In this document: positions 1-9,163 of the stretch, one piece after another
How the letters are laid out: the number at the start of each line of letters is the position of its first letter
Numbering within the stretch: the stretch's first letter is position 1
Virus genome (UHGV): UHGV-0336296
DNA from: a virus
Length of the DNA: 12,662 bases
Direction: 5' to 3' (one strand)
Position numbers and translations under genes: made by a program
Notes under the pieces: model-generated
What the model saw: the letters and a program-made list of their open reading frames with translations, nothing else
What the model was told of the DNA's origin: nothing
Databases searched by the model: none

Positions 1-692
1 TCGTTGAGCAGGTGCAGAAAATGTGGCGTACCGGGAAACGCCTTTATGGTAACGCCAGCGACCTGGTCACCATGATCAAAACGCTTTCCGGTGTCAGCCT
101 CGGCAGCGATCTGCAACCGCGCGGCGTCTGGAAAACGGACAGTAAAACCACCGCCACGGCGACGCATCAGCGTAACGAGGTTGCCAGTACCCTTCGTACG
201 ACCGCAATCAGCGAAGCGGCGTATGCCGTCACCCGATTGCCTGCGCCAACAACTTCCGCGGTGATGCAGAATGCCGCAGTGGGGCAGTCAACAACACCTG
301 CGCAGAGCACTGGCTGGCCTTCCGTCACGCATCCGGCACTGAACAATGCACCGGCGGTGAAAAACACGGTTGACCTGCCAACGTGGGAAGAACTGACTGA
401 CATTCGCGACACACTGAATACGGCAATTGATAAGGAGTTGTCCCGTACAACCAGTGATGCGCTGTTTCTGGCACTGCGCCGGGTGAAAGCAGATCTGAAT
501 GCGGATATCAACACGCGCCTTGAACAGTCTGCACGGATCATTCAGCGCACACCGGATGAGGTTTTACCCGCGCTGGTGCTGGCGGCGACCTGGTTTGATA
601 ACGCGGCGCGTGATGCGGACATTATCCGGCGTAATGCCATTACGCATCCCGGCTTTGTGCCGGTGATCCCTCTGAAGGTGCCAGTGCAATGA
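1..692 (+). CDS. Phage tail-associated protein, C-terminal part (Mu gpN / DNA circularization protein-like by position); 5' end lies outside the window
   Basis: Open frame runs in from the window edge with no upstream stop. Stop TGA at 690-692 overlaps the ATG of the next baseplate gene (ATGA). Assignment is by position upstream of the hub gene, not by recognised motifs. Confidence 0.4.
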   Translation, partial: VEQVQKMWRTGKRLYGNASDLVTMIKTLSGVSLGSDLQPRGVWKTDSKTTATATHQRNEVASTLRTTAISEAAYAVTRLPAPTTSAVMQNAAVGQSTTPAQSTGWPSVTHPALNNAPAVKNTVDLPTWEELTDIRDTLNTAIDKELSRTTSDALFLALRRVKADLNADINTRLEQSARIIQRTPDEVLPALVLAATWFDNAARDADIIRRNAITHPGFVPVIPLKVPVQ

Positions 693-1768
693 ACGACAAT
701 GTCACGCTACGGGTAAATGGCCGGGAGTGGAATGGCTGGACATCGGTGCGCATCGGTGCCGGTGTTGAACGACTGGCGCGGGATTTCAGTGTGGAGATCA
801 CCCGCCAGTGGCCGGGTGATGAGGGTATCACCACGCTTCAGCCGCGCATTAAAAACGGTTCAAAAGTGGAGGTGCTGATTGGTGATGAGCTGGTGATCAC
901 CGGCTGGGTGGAGGCGACGCCCGTTCGTTACGATGCCCGTTCGGTCAGCACCGGTATTGCCGGACGCAGTCTGACCGCTGACCTGATTGATTGTGCAGCT
1001 GAACCGACACAGTTTAACGGACGATCACTGGTACAGATTGCGCAGGCGCTTGCTGCGCCCTTCGGCATTGAGGTGGTGAACAGCGGTGCGCCGTCGGGTG
1101 TTATTCCTGATGTCCAGCCTGATCACGGTGAAACGGTGATCGAGGTGATTAACAAAATACTCGGTCAGCAGCAGGCGCTGGCTTATGACGACCCGCACGG
1201 CAGGCTGGTGATTGGCGGTATTGGCTCAACGCGGGCACATACCGCGCTGGTACTCGGGGAAAACATCCTTTCCTGCGATACGGAGAAGAGTATCCGGGAG
1301 CGGTTTTCTGTTTACCAGGTGGCGGGGCAGCGTGCCGGAAACGACGATGATTTCGGTGAGGCCACCACAACTGCGCTGCGGGCCCGCACAGAGGACGCAT
1401 TTATTGCCCGTTACCGTCCGATGTATATCAGGCAGACAGGGCAGGCTACGGGGGCAGGCTGTATTGCGCGTGCTGACTTTGAAGCCCGACAACGGGCGGC
1501 GCGGACGGATGAAACCACCTATGTGGTGCAGGGCTGGCGACAGGGTAACGGTACGCTGTGGCAGCCCAACCAGCGGGTGATTGTCTTCGATCCGGTCTGT
1601 GGTTTCGACAATACCGAACTGCTTGTCTCGGAAGTCACGTTTACTCAGGACCAGAATGGCACCCTGACGGAAATCCGTGTCGGCCCACCTGATGCTTATC
1701 TGCCTGAACCCGAAGCCCCCGGCGCGCGGAAAAAGAAAAAAGCCAGAGTACAGGAGGACCCGTTCTGA
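689..1768 (+). CDS. Baseplate hub protein, Mu gp44 (gene P)-like
   Basis: 359 aa ORF, first of a string of overlapping, translationally coupled genes. Size and order match the Mu/e14 baseplate module. High GC and codon-consistent. Confidence 0.5.
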   Translation: MNDNVTLRVNGREWNGWTSVRIGAGVERLARDFSVEITRQWPGDEGITTLQPRIKNGSKVEVLIGDELVITGWVEATPVRYDARSVSTGIAGRSLTADLIDCAAEPTQFNGRSLVQIAQALAAPFGIEVVNSGAPSGVIPDVQPDHGETVIEVINKILGQQQALAYDDPHGRLVIGGIGSTRAHTALVLGENILSCDTEKSIRERFSVYQVAGQRAGNDDDFGEATTTALRARTEDAFIARYRPMYIRQTGQATGAGCIARADFEARQRAARTDETTYVVQGWRQGNGTLWQPNQRVIVFDPVCGFDNTELLVSEVTFTQDQNGTLTEIRVGPPDAYLPEPEAPGARKKKKARVQEDPF

Positions 1769-2316
1769 TGAAGGCGATTGAAGCCATGCAGCGACAACTC
1801 CTCGGCCTGATTGGGCGGGCGGTGGTGAAAAGCATCAGTGCCGCCACGAAATGTCAGACCGTGGATGTGTCCCTGATTGCCGGTGAACCCAAAGCCGGGG
1901 TTGAACATCTTGAACCCTACGGTTTTACCGCAAGGGCAAACAGCGGTGCGGAAGCGGTGGTGTTGTTTCCGGATGGTGACCGTTCTCATGCGGTGGTTGT
2001 TACGGTGTCGGACCGGCGCTACCGCCTGAAAGGGCTGCAGACGGGTGAGGTGGCTGTCTATGACGATCAGGGGCAGTCCGTGACGCTGACCCGGGAGGGG
2101 ATCGTGGTGGACGGTGCAGGTAAAACGATCACGTTTCGCAATTCACCTAAAGCACGTTTTGAAATGGACCTGGAAGTGACAGGACAGGTGAAAGACCTGT
2201 GCGACTCCAGCGGCACCACCATGTCAGCGATGCGGCTTGCCTATAACGGGCATCGTCACAGAGAGAACGATCAGGGCAGTAACACCGACAAACCTGATAA
2301 AGCGATGGAGGCATGA
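1768..2316 (+). CDS. Baseplate central spike/assembly protein, Mu gp45-like (gpV family)
   Basis: 182 aa ORF. Start overlaps the previous stop (TGATG). Size and position match Mu gp45. Confidence 0.5.
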   Translation: MKAIEAMQRQLLGLIGRAVVKSISAATKCQTVDVSLIAGEPKAGVEHLEPYGFTARANSGAEAVVLFPDGDRSHAVVVTVSDRRYRLKGLQTGEVAVYDDQGQSVTLTREGIVVDGAGKTITFRNSPKARFEMDLEVTGQVKDLCDSSGTTMSAMRLAYNGHRHRENDQGSNTDKPDKAMEA

Positions 2317-2741
2317 TGGAACTGTGGCTGACGGTGAACGGTAAACGCACCTGCGCCAGCGCACCGCTGGATCCGCTGACCCGCGCCGTGGTGATTTCCC
2401 TGTTTACCTGGCGGCGGGCGGAGCCTGATGACAACGCCGACGTCCCGATGGGATGGTGGGGGGATACCTGGCCTGCGGTACAGAATGACCGTTACGGCTC
2501 CCGACTGTGGCTGCTTCAGCGCAGCAAACTGACCAATCAGCTGGTGCAGACGGTAAGGGGGTATATCCGCGAATGCCTGCAATGGATGATTGATGACGGC
2601 GTGGTGTCCCGTATTGATCTGGATATCCGCCGCACCGGGATTAATGAACTGGGTAACAGTATCACTCTCTGGCGTCGTGACGGACCGGTAATGATTTCTT
2701 TTGATGATCTGTGGAGTGCGATAACGCATGGCGGACAGTGA
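2313..2741 (+). CDS. Baseplate protein, Mu gp46-like
   Basis: 142 aa ORF with ATGA overlap to the previous gene. Mu gp46 is about 143 aa at the same position. Confidence 0.5.
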   Translation: MMELWLTVNGKRTCASAPLDPLTRAVVISLFTWRRAEPDDNADVPMGWWGDTWPAVQNDRYGSRLWLLQRSKLTNQLVQTVRGYIRECLQWMIDDGVVSRIDLDIRRTGINELGNSITLWRRDGPVMISFDDLWSAITHGGQ

Positions 2742-3786
2742 ATTTCAACGCCCGACGCTGGCAGAAAATATCAGTATGCTCCGTAACGATTTATTCGCCA
2801 GGCTGGACGTCAGCGACACGCTCCGGCGCATGGATGAAGACGTGCGGGCAAAGGTGTATGCGGCGGCGCTGCATACGGTTTACGGTTACATCGATTATCT
2901 GGCAATGAACATGCTGCCTGACCTGTGCGATGAGTCCTGGCTGGCGCGACATGCTGCGATGAAACGGTGTCCGCGCAAGGGGGCCACGGCTGCCAGCGGG
3001 TATATGCGCTGGGAAGGTGTCAGCGATGGCCTGAAGGTGACCGCCGGGAGTGTTATTCAGCGCGATGACCTGGTTCAGTACACGGCAACTGCCGATGCAA
3101 CCAGCTCCGGTGGTGTCCTGCGCGTGCCGATCGCCTGCTCAAGTGCAGGTGCGGTCGGTAACGCTGACGACGGTACGGCATTAATCCTGGTCACGCCGGT
3201 GAATGGTCTGCCGTCTTCCGGTGTGGCTGATACCCTTACAGGCGGATTTGATACTGAAGAGCTGGAAACGTGGCGCGCCCGCGTCATTGAGCGGTATTAC
3301 TGGACGCCGCAGGGCGGGGCTGACGGGGACTATGTCGTCTGGGCTAAAGAAGTGCCCGGCATTACCCGCGCATGGACATACCGTCACTGGATGGGAACGG
3401 GAACTGTCGGTGTGATGATTGCCAGCAGTGACCTGATTAATCCCATTCCGGAAGAATCAACGGAAACGGCGGCAAGACAACATATCGAGCCACTGGCCCC
3501 GGTGGCAGGCTCTGATTTGTATGTATTCAGGCCGGTGGCGCATACGGTGGATTTTCATATCCGCGTGATGCCGGACACACCGGAAATACGGGCTGCCATC
3601 ACCGCGGAGTTGCGTTCGTTTCTTCTGCGTGATGGTTATCCGCAGGGAGAACTGAAGGTATCGCGTATCAGTGAGGCGATTTCCGGTGCGAACGGGGAAT
3701 ATAGCCATCAGTTGCTTGCACCGGCAGACAATATCTCCATTGCGAAAAATGAACTGGCGGTTCTGGGGACGATTTCATGGACGTGA
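2728..3786 (+). CDS. Baseplate J-like protein, Mu gp47-like
   Basis: 352 aa ORF overlapping the previous gene by 14 nt. Size and position match baseplate J-family proteins of Mu-like and e14-like tails. Confidence 0.55.
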   Translation: MADSEFQRPTLAENISMLRNDLFARLDVSDTLRRMDEDVRAKVYAAALHTVYGYIDYLAMNMLPDLCDESWLARHAAMKRCPRKGATAASGYMRWEGVSDGLKVTAGSVIQRDDLVQYTATADATSSGGVLRVPIACSSAGAVGNADDGTALILVTPVNGLPSSGVADTLTGGFDTEELETWRARVIERYYWTPQGGADGDYVVWAKEVPGITRAWTYRHWMGTGTVGVMIASSDLINPIPEESTETAARQHIEPLAPVAGSDLYVFRPVAHTVDFHIRVMPDTPEIRAAITAELRSFLLRDGYPQGELKVSRISEAISGANGEYSHQLLAPADNISIAKNELAVLGTISWT

Positions 3787-4361
3787 CAAACGATGATTAC
3801 ATCCGTCTGTTGTCGGCACTGTTGCCCCCCGGTCCGGCGTGGTCAGCCGGCGATCCGGCGATTGCCGGTGCGGCACCGTCATTAACCCGCGTTCATCAGC
3901 GTGCGGATGCCCTGATGCGGGAGCTGGATCCGCGCACAACCACCGAACTGATAAACCGCTGGGAGCGTCTGTGCGGCCTGCCGGATGAATGTATTCCGGC
4001 AGGGACGCAGACCCTTCGCCAGCGTCAGCAACGGCTGGATGCGAAGGTTAATCTGGCGGGCGGCATCAATGAGGATTTTTACCTTGCACAGCTTGCTGCC
4101 CTGGGCAGACCAGACGCCACCATCACGCGATACGACAAAAGCACGTTCACCTGCTCATCTGCCTGTACTGACGCGGTGAATGCGCCGGAATGGCGGTATT
4201 ACTGGCAGGTCAACATGCCAGCCGCCACCAACACCACCTGGATGACATGTGGCGATCCCTGTGATTCCGCACTGCGTATCTGGGGCGACACCGTAGTCGA
4301 GTGTGTGCTTAACAAACTCTGCCCGTCGCATACCTACGTAATTTTTAAATATCCGGAGTAA
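3777..4361 (+). CDS. Tail protein, Mu gp48 / YmfQ-like (DUF2313 family)
   Basis: 194 aa ORF overlapping the previous gene by 10 nt, directly upstream of the tail fibre gene as in e14 and Mu. Confidence 0.5.
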   Translation: MDVTNDDYIRLLSALLPPGPAWSAGDPAIAGAAPSLTRVHQRADALMRELDPRTTTELINRWERLCGLPDECIPAGTQTLRQRQQRLDAKVNLAGGINEDFYLAQLAALGRPDATITRYDKSTFTCSSACTDAVNAPEWRYYWQVNMPAATNTTWMTCGDPCDSALRIWGDTVVECVLNKLCPSHTYVIFKYPE

Positions 4362-4364
4362 TCC

Positions 4365-5150
4365 ATGCATCGTATAGACACGAAAACCGCGCAGAAGGAT
4401 AAGTTCGGCGCGGGTAAGAACGGTTTTACCCGTGGTAACCCCCAGACCGGCACGCCTGCCACCGATCTGGATGATGACTACTTTGACATGTTGCAGGAGG
4501 AGCTTTGCAGCGTTGTGGAGGCATCCGGTGCCAGCCTGGAGAAGGGGCGGCATGACCAGCTGCTTACCGCGCTTCGTGCGCTGCTGTTAAGCCGCAAGAA
4601 TCCGTTTGGCGATATCAAATCGGATGGCACGGTGAAAACAGCTCTCGAAAACCTTGGTTTGGGAGAAGGTTCGGCATTACCCGTTGGCGTGCCTGTTCCG
4701 TGGCCTTCCGCCACTCCGCCAACAGGCTGGCTGAAATGCAACGGGGCGGCTTTTTCTGCTGAAGAATACCCGGAACTGGCAAAGGTTTACCCGACAAATA
4801 AATTGCCTGATTTACGCGGTGAGTTTATTCGTGGCTGGGATGATGGAAGAGGGATTGATACTAACCGTAGCTTGCTTTCGTCACAGGGAGATACCATTCG
4901 GAATATAACAGGATTTATAAATGAAGTTAAAGGCACCATTGATACAGCAACTTTCAGGTTACAGACTGGTACTGGTGCTTTTGCCTTAGCATCTCAAGCT
5001 ACGCGAAATATCTATAATAACCTAGGCACATATGAAACAAAAAATACCCCTTACACAGGATTCAGTTTTGATGCATCCAGGGTTGTACCAACAGCATCAG
5101 AGAATCGCCCTCGAAACATTGCATTTAACTATATCGTGAGAGCAGCATAA
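4365..5150 (+). CDS. Side tail fibre protein: constant N-terminal part (to about 4653) fused to an invertible C-terminal receptor-binding cassette
   Basis: 261 aa. GGAG RBS upstream. Contains a tail-collar-like motif ([21 protein letters not shown]). The left crossover site lies inside the coding sequence at 4642-4667. GC drops sharply after about 4860. Confidence 0.75.
   Translation: MHRIDTKTAQKDKFGAGKNGFTRGNPQTGTPATDLDDDYFDMLQEELCSVVEASGASLEKGRHDQLLTALRALLLSRKNPFGDIKSDGTVKTALENLGLGEGSALPVGVPVPWPSATPPTGWLKCNGAAFSAEEYPELAKVYPTNKLPDLRGEFIRGWDDGRGIDTNRSLLSSQGDTIRNITGFINEVKGTIDTATFRLQTGTGAFALASQATRNIYNNLGTYETKNTPYTGFSFDASRVVPTASENRPRNIAFNYIVRAA
4642..4667. repeat. Left invertase crossover site (hix/gix/pix-like, 26 bp)
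   Basis: ctctcgaaaacc-tt-ggtttgggagaa: AAACC-NN-GGTTT core with dyad symmetry, as in Hin/Gin/Cin/Pin recombination sites. Confidence 0.7.
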
Positions 5151-5752
5151 TGGATAAAGCAATATTAAATAGTGAGCTTATTGCTACAAAGTCGGGGGAT
5201 ATTACCGTTTATAACTATGATAGTGAGACGCAGGAATATATTTCAGCATCAACTGAATATCTTGCCATTGGTGTCGGTATTCCTGCATATTCCTGTTTAG
5301 ATGCCCCTGGCACACATAAGGCGGGTTATGCTATCTGTCGTTCTGCAAATTTTAACTCATGGGAATATGTGCCAGACCATCGCGGTGAAATCGTCTATAG
5401 CACCAAAACGGGAGAGTCAAAAGAAATCACAGCTCCGGGTGATTACCCTGATAATACAACCACTATCGCCCCGTTAACGCCATACGATAAATGGGATGGT
5501 GAGAAATGGGTGACGGATACCGAAGCACAGCATAGCGCCGCAGTAGATGCAGCAGAAGCACAGCGCCAGTCACTGATTGATACTGCAATGGCTTCAATCA
5601 GTCTGATTCAGCTGAAATTGCAGGCCGGACGTAAACTGACGCAGGCAGAAACAACCAGCCTTAACGCTGTGCTGGATTACATTGACGCGGTGACGGCAAC
5701 TGATACCAGCACCGCGCCTGATGTCATCTGGCCTGAACTGCCGGAGGCGTAG
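5150..5752 (+). CDS. Tail fibre assembly protein (Tfa)
   Basis: 200 aa. Start overlaps the fibre stop (TAATG). C-terminus LDYIDAVTATDTSTAPDVIWPELP is the conserved Tfa C-terminal signature, shared with the opposite-strand copy. Confidence 0.75.
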   Translation: MDKAILNSELIATKSGDITVYNYDSETQEYISASTEYLAIGVGIPAYSCLDAPGTHKAGYAICRSANFNSWEYVPDHRGEIVYSTKTGESKEITAPGDYPDNTTTIAPLTPYDKWDGEKWVTDTEAQHSAAVDAAEAQRQSLIDTAMASISLIQLKLQAGRKLTQAETTSLNAVLDYIDAVTATDTSTAPDVIWPELPEA

Positions 5753-6167
5753 GCCATTCAATATCTGGCGCACCGGAAGTATCGACCAGCTCCAGTGCGT
5801 CCAGATAATCCAGCCATAAATTATATTGTTCCAGCTCGTCACCTTTCAGACGACCAATAGCAGCTTTGCCAGGCCACTGATGGGTATTGATGTAGGTATT
5901 GACTTCTGAAACCAAAGATATTTTTTTCATTTCAGCCGCCAGCACCTCATCCTCTTTTGAAGGCGGCGGGGAATTAATCCATATTGGCCGTCCTGAACTG
6001 TCAGCGCCAATTTCTTTCCCTTCTGGATGCAGCCCAAGAAATTGCTCATATGTTTCTCTGGTAATTTCAATAACATCATCAGGAAGCGTTCCCGCATCCT
6101 CATATTCTGGAAACAATTCTTGCAGATAAAAACTTTTACTTCCGGGTGAAAAGAATACTGAGTTCAT
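5724..6167 (-). CDS. Alternative tail fibre assembly protein (Tfa'), silent cassette in this orientation
   Basis: 147 aa on the - strand, converging on tfa and overlapping it by 29 bp. C-terminus WLDYLDALELVDTSGAPDIEWPTPP matches the Tfa signature. Confidence 0.7.
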   Translation of the reverse strand: MNSVFFSPGSKSFYLQELFPEYEDAGTLPDDVIEITRETYEQFLGLHPEGKEIGADSSGRPIWINSPPPSKEDEVLAAEMKKISLVSEVNTYINTHQWPGKAAIGRLKGDELEQYNLWLDYLDALELVDTSGAPDIEWPTPPAVQAR

Positions 6168-6169
6168 TC

Positions 6170-6624
6170 TTACCGTCCAATGATTAACGCTGAGACGCTG
6201 GTATCTGAAGGAAAGGCTGCATTCAGTGGTTTGTCGACTTTGAACACAATCGTATTATTCCCCCTGACAGCGGCAAAAGAACAAACCGCCGTCGCGTATG
6301 AACCTGTAATATTACTGGATACACCACCATAAGCTGTTGTTGATACCAGAGGGATAACGCCCAGCACCTTATTAGGAAATACAAAGGGCAATGTGGCTGT
6401 GGCAATATAAGACTTATTAGAACCTGTAATGGCATAAGCATTATCAGTCATTCCATTCATCGCCACTGGACCGCTTATACTTACAGTAACCATCTGAATG
6501 ATTAGCCCGTCAGGTTGACGAATCACAAAATTTCCATTGCCACCAGTAACCGTCCAGAAAGACATATCAGGGATTTGGTTTTCCCCGTTGCCCACATTCC
6601 GTTTTGCCGCTTCTCCCAAACCAA
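6170..6624 (-). CDS. Alternative tail fibre C-terminal cassette (Stf'), no start of its own; expressed only after inversion fuses it to the constant N-terminus
   Basis: - strand frame is open from the right crossover site to a stop at 6170-6172, 2 nt upstream of the tfa' start. The sequence at the crossover encodes GLGE in both the expressed and the silent cassette. Confidence 0.65.
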
Positions 6625-6636
6625 CGTTTATGAAAA
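6611..6636. repeat. Right invertase crossover site (26 bp), inverted relative to the left site
   Basis: ttctcccaaacc-aa-cgtttatgaaaa. The inner half is the exact reverse complement of the inner half of the left site. Central AA is complementary to the left site's TT. Lies about 55 bp upstream of the invertase start. Confidence 0.7.
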
Positions 6637-6690
6637 TACAGAAATAACGAGCAAATGGCATCATTCCTGCTTTTGTCAGGGAGATCTACC

Positions 6691-7242
6691 ATGCTTATTG
6701 GCTATGTACGTGTGTCAACAAATGACCAGAACACAGATCTACAACGTAATGCGCTGAACTGTGCAGGATGTGAGCTGATTTTTGAAGACAAGATAAGCGG
6801 TACAAAGTCCGACAGACCAGGACTGAAAAAGCTGCTCAGGACATTATCGGCAGGTGACACGCTGGTGGTCTGGAAACTGGATCGACTCGGTCGCAGCATG
6901 CGGCATCTTGTCGTTTTGGTGGAGGAGCTTCGGGAAAAGGGTATTAACTTTCGCAGCCTGACCGACAGCATAGATACGTCTTCACCAATGGGACGCTTTT
7001 TCTTCCATGTCATGGGCGCACTTGCCGAAATGGAAAGGGAGCTGATAGTCGAACGTACCAGGGCGGGATTGGCTGCGGCTCGTGAAGAAGGGCGAATAGG
7101 TGGGCGTCGATCAAAGCTAACTGATGAACAGTGGGCGCAGGCAGGAAGGTTGGTTGCAGCAGGTGAATCACGACAGCGTGTGGCATTAATTTACGATGTT
7201 GGGATATCGACGCTATATAAAAAATTTCCGGCAACCAGGTAA
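6691..7242 (+). CDS. pin: Site-specific DNA invertase, serine recombinase of the Pin/Hin/Gin/Cin family
   Basis: 184 aa from the ATG at 6691. N-terminus MLIGYVRVSTNDQ carries the catalytic serine motif. C-terminal helix-turn-helix (GISTLYKKF). Adjacent to the invertible fibre segment. Confidence 0.9.
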   Translation: MLIGYVRVSTNDQNTDLQRNALNCAGCELIFEDKISGTKSDRPGLKKLLRTLSAGDTLVVWKLDRLGRSMRHLVVLVEELREKGINFRSLTDSIDTSSPMGRFFFHVMGALAEMERELIVERTRAGLAAAREEGRIGGRRSKLTDEQWAQAGRLVAAGESRQRVALIYDVGISTLYKKFPATR

Positions 7243-7310
7243 ATCATTGAGTTATGCGACGATGATGACTGATGGTGGCTAATGCCATTGATCTCCGTTT
7301 AAATAAAAAC

Positions 7311-7330
7311 TACTGTATATAATATCAGTA
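7311..7330 (+). promoter_or_regulatory. LexA operator (SOS box) overlapping the umuDC promoter -10 region
   Basis: TACTG-TATATAATAT-CAGTA is a perfect CTG-N10-CAG palindrome, 20 bp upstream of the umuD start. A TATAAT hexamer sits at 7318-7323 inside the box. Confidence 0.8.
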
Positions 7331-7349
7331 TTAATTGACGGTGATTATG

Positions 7350-7769
7350 ATGCAGTTTTTCACTCCCTCCGGGTTGCGTGCAGTGCAGCCGCTTCCACTC
7401 TATGGCGATCTTGTACCCTGTGGTTTCCCAAGCCCTGCTCAGGACTACGTTGAACAGCGTATCGATCTTAACGAGCTACTGATACAACACCCCAGCGCCA
7501 CGTACTTCGTTAAGGCATCTGGTGACTCGATGATTGATGCCGGGATCGGCGAAGGCGATTTACTGGTAGTGGACAGTTCACGCAAGGCAGAGCACGGCGA
7601 TATCGTTATTGCTGCGGTGGACGGGGAATTTACCGTTAAGCGCCTACAGTTATGGCCAACTGTCCAGCTTAACCCTGAAAACCGCGCCTGGTCGCCTATC
7701 ATCATCGGGAGCGAAGAAACGCTCGATGTTTTTGGTGTGGTGACGTTCATCGTGAAATCGACGGGTTGA
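7350..7769 (+). CDS. umuD: Translesion DNA polymerase V accessory subunit UmuD (LexA-like self-cleaving S24 peptidase)
   Basis: 139 aa from the ATG at 7350. Cys-Gly cleavage site (LVPCGFPSP), Ser nucleophile motif (ASGDSMID), and Lys in FTVKRL. Sits directly behind the SOS box. Confidence 0.85.
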   Translation: MQFFTPSGLRAVQPLPLYGDLVPCGFPSPAQDYVEQRIDLNELLIQHPSATYFVKASGDSMIDAGIGEGDLLVVDSSRKAEHGDIVIAAVDGEFTVKRLQLWPTVQLNPENRAWSPIIIGSEETLDVFGVVTFIVKSTG

Positions 7770-7771
7770 TC

Positions 7772-9040
7772 ATGTACGCGTTGTGTGATGTGAACTCGTT
7801 CTATGCCTCCTGTGAAACTGTATTTCGCCCGGATCTCAAAGGTAGGCCGGTTGTGGTGCTTTCCAACAATGACGGTTGTGTTATTGCCCGCAGCACAGAG
7901 GCAAAGAAACTGGGTATCAAAATGGGTGAGCCGTACTTCAGGCAGAAGGACTTTTTCCGGCGCCATGGGGTGGTGTGCTTCAGCAGCAACTATGAGCTGT
8001 ATGCGGATATGTCTAACCGGGTGATGACCACGCTGGAAGAAATGTCGCCGCGCTGTGAAATTTACTCGATAGACGAGGCATTTTGTGACCTCACTGGTGT
8101 ACGTAACTGTCGTGATCTGACTGATTTTGGCCGTGAAATCCGTGCTACTGTTCTGCAGCGAACGCATCTGACAGTGGGTGTTGGCATTGCCCAGACCAAG
8201 ACGCTGGCCAAGCTGGCCAACCACGCGGCCAAACAATGGCAGCGGCAGACGGGCGGGGTGGTAGACCTGTCCAGTGTCGATCGCCAGCGCAAACTGATGG
8301 CCGCGCTGCCGGTTGATGAAGTCAGGGGCATCGGTCGGCGTATTTCGAAAAAACTGGAGGCGATGGGGATCAAGACCGTACTGCAACTCGCTGATACGGA
8401 CATCCGTTTTATCCGTAAACATTTTAATGTCGTGCTGGAGCGAACGGTGCGTGAGTTACGCGGAGAACCCTGCCTGGCACTGGAAGAATTCGCGCCAGTG
8501 AAACAGGAAATTATCTGTTCCCGCTCTTTTAGCGGTCGTATCACGGAGTATGAAGAGATGCGCCAGGCGATCTGCAGCTATGCCTCGCGGGCGGCAGAGA
8601 AACTGCGTGGCGAGCACCAGTATTGCCGTTTTATCTCGGCGTTTGTGAAGACCAGCCCGTTCGCACTGAACGAGCCCTATTATGGCAATAATGCCTCCGT
8701 GAAGCTTCTGACGCCTACGCAGGACAGTCGGGATATCATCAGTGCAGCCATCCGCTGTCTGGACGCCATATGGCAAGACGGATATCGGTATCAGAAAGCC
8801 GGGGTGATGTTGGGTGATTTCTTCAGTCAGGGCGTGGCCCAGCTCAACTTGTTCGATGATAACGCGCCGCGCCCGGGCAGTGAGAAACTGATGGAAGTGC
8901 TGGATCACCTCAATGCCAAAGGCGGGAGGGGGACGCTGTATTTTGCAGGACAGGGTATCCAGCAGCAGTGGCAGATGAAACGGGAAATGCTTTCTCCACG
9001 TTACACCACCCGATTCTCTGATCTACCCGTTGTCAGGTGA
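7772..9040 (+). CDS. umuC: Translesion DNA polymerase V catalytic subunit UmuC (Y-family polymerase)
   Basis: 422 aa from the ATG at 7772. N-terminus [13 protein letters not shown] and [11 protein letters not shown] are Y-family catalytic motifs. Starts 2 nt after the umuD stop. Confidence 0.9.
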   Translation: MYALCDVNSFYASCETVFRPDLKGRPVVVLSNNDGCVIARSTEAKKLGIKMGEPYFRQKDFFRRHGVVCFSSNYELYADMSNRVMTTLEEMSPRCEIYSIDEAFCDLTGVRNCRDLTDFGREIRATVLQRTHLTVGVGIAQTKTLAKLANHAAKQWQRQTGGVVDLSSVDRQRKLMAALPVDEVRGIGRRISKKLEAMGIKTVLQLADTDIRFIRKHFNVVLERTVRELRGEPCLALEEFAPVKQEIICSRSFSGRITEYEEMRQAICSYASRAAEKLRGEHQYCRFISAFVKTSPFALNEPYYGNNASVKLLTPTQDSRDIISAAIRCLDAIWQDGYRYQKAGVMLGDFFSQGVAQLNLFDDNAPRPGSEKLMEVLDHLNAKGGRGTLYFAGQGIQQQWQMKREMLSPRYTTRFSDLPVVR

Positions 9041-9117
9041 TTTTCCGGTGACAGATTCTTCGGAAAACGGTGGATGAGTTTATTAGAAACGATAAATCAA
9101 ATGTTCTTATTTTTGAT

Positions 9118-9156
9118 TACTAAGTCTCAGTTATACAATTCGGCTGAGACTTAGTA
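9118..9156. repeat. 13 bp perfect inverted repeat (stem-loop, 13 nt spacer) between the convergent umuC and KAP NTPase genes
   Basis: tactaagtctcag (9118-9130) and ctgagacttagta (9144-9156) are exact reverse complements. Located at the GC-content break. No clear U-tract on either side. Confidence 0.55.
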
Positions 9157-9163
9157 TGCCAAT

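Larger units (their letters stand above)
4654..6624. mobile_element. Invertible DNA segment (host-range switch, comparable to the Mu G segment or e14 P region), about 1.97 kb
   Basis: Bounded by a 15 bp perfect inverted repeat, ttggtttgggagaag at 4654-4668 and its reverse complement at 6610-6624. Contains the expressed stf C-term and tfa on +, and tfa' and stf' on -. Invertase gene lies immediately adjacent. Confidence 0.75.

Noticed and set aside
1149-1580. Several 83-122 aa ORFs in alternative frames and on the opposite strand within the baseplate hub gene
   Set aside because: Nested inside a longer, codon-consistent gene that is part of a translationally coupled operon. Typical GC-rich spurious frames.
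6655-6690. Extended N-terminus of the invertase (MASFLLLSGRSTM...)
   Set aside because: Serine invertases begin at MLIGYVRVS and are about 184 aa. The extension would run up to the crossover site.
7335-7349. TTG start for umuD at 7335, and the start at 7766 for umuC
   Set aside because: ATG starts at 7350 and 7772 give lengths (139 and 422 aa) and N-termini that match UmuD and UmuC. The upstream extension of umuD would fall just 5 bp after the LexA box.
7445-8422. 325 aa ORF on the - strand
   Set aside because: Lies entirely antisense within umuC, whose identity is well supported by motifs. Long antisense ORFs are common in GC-rich genes. No RBS or recognisable family.
9118-9156. Calling the 13 bp stem-loop a rho-independent terminator
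   Set aside because: No U-rich tract follows the stem on either strand, so it is reported only as an inverted repeat of unknown function.
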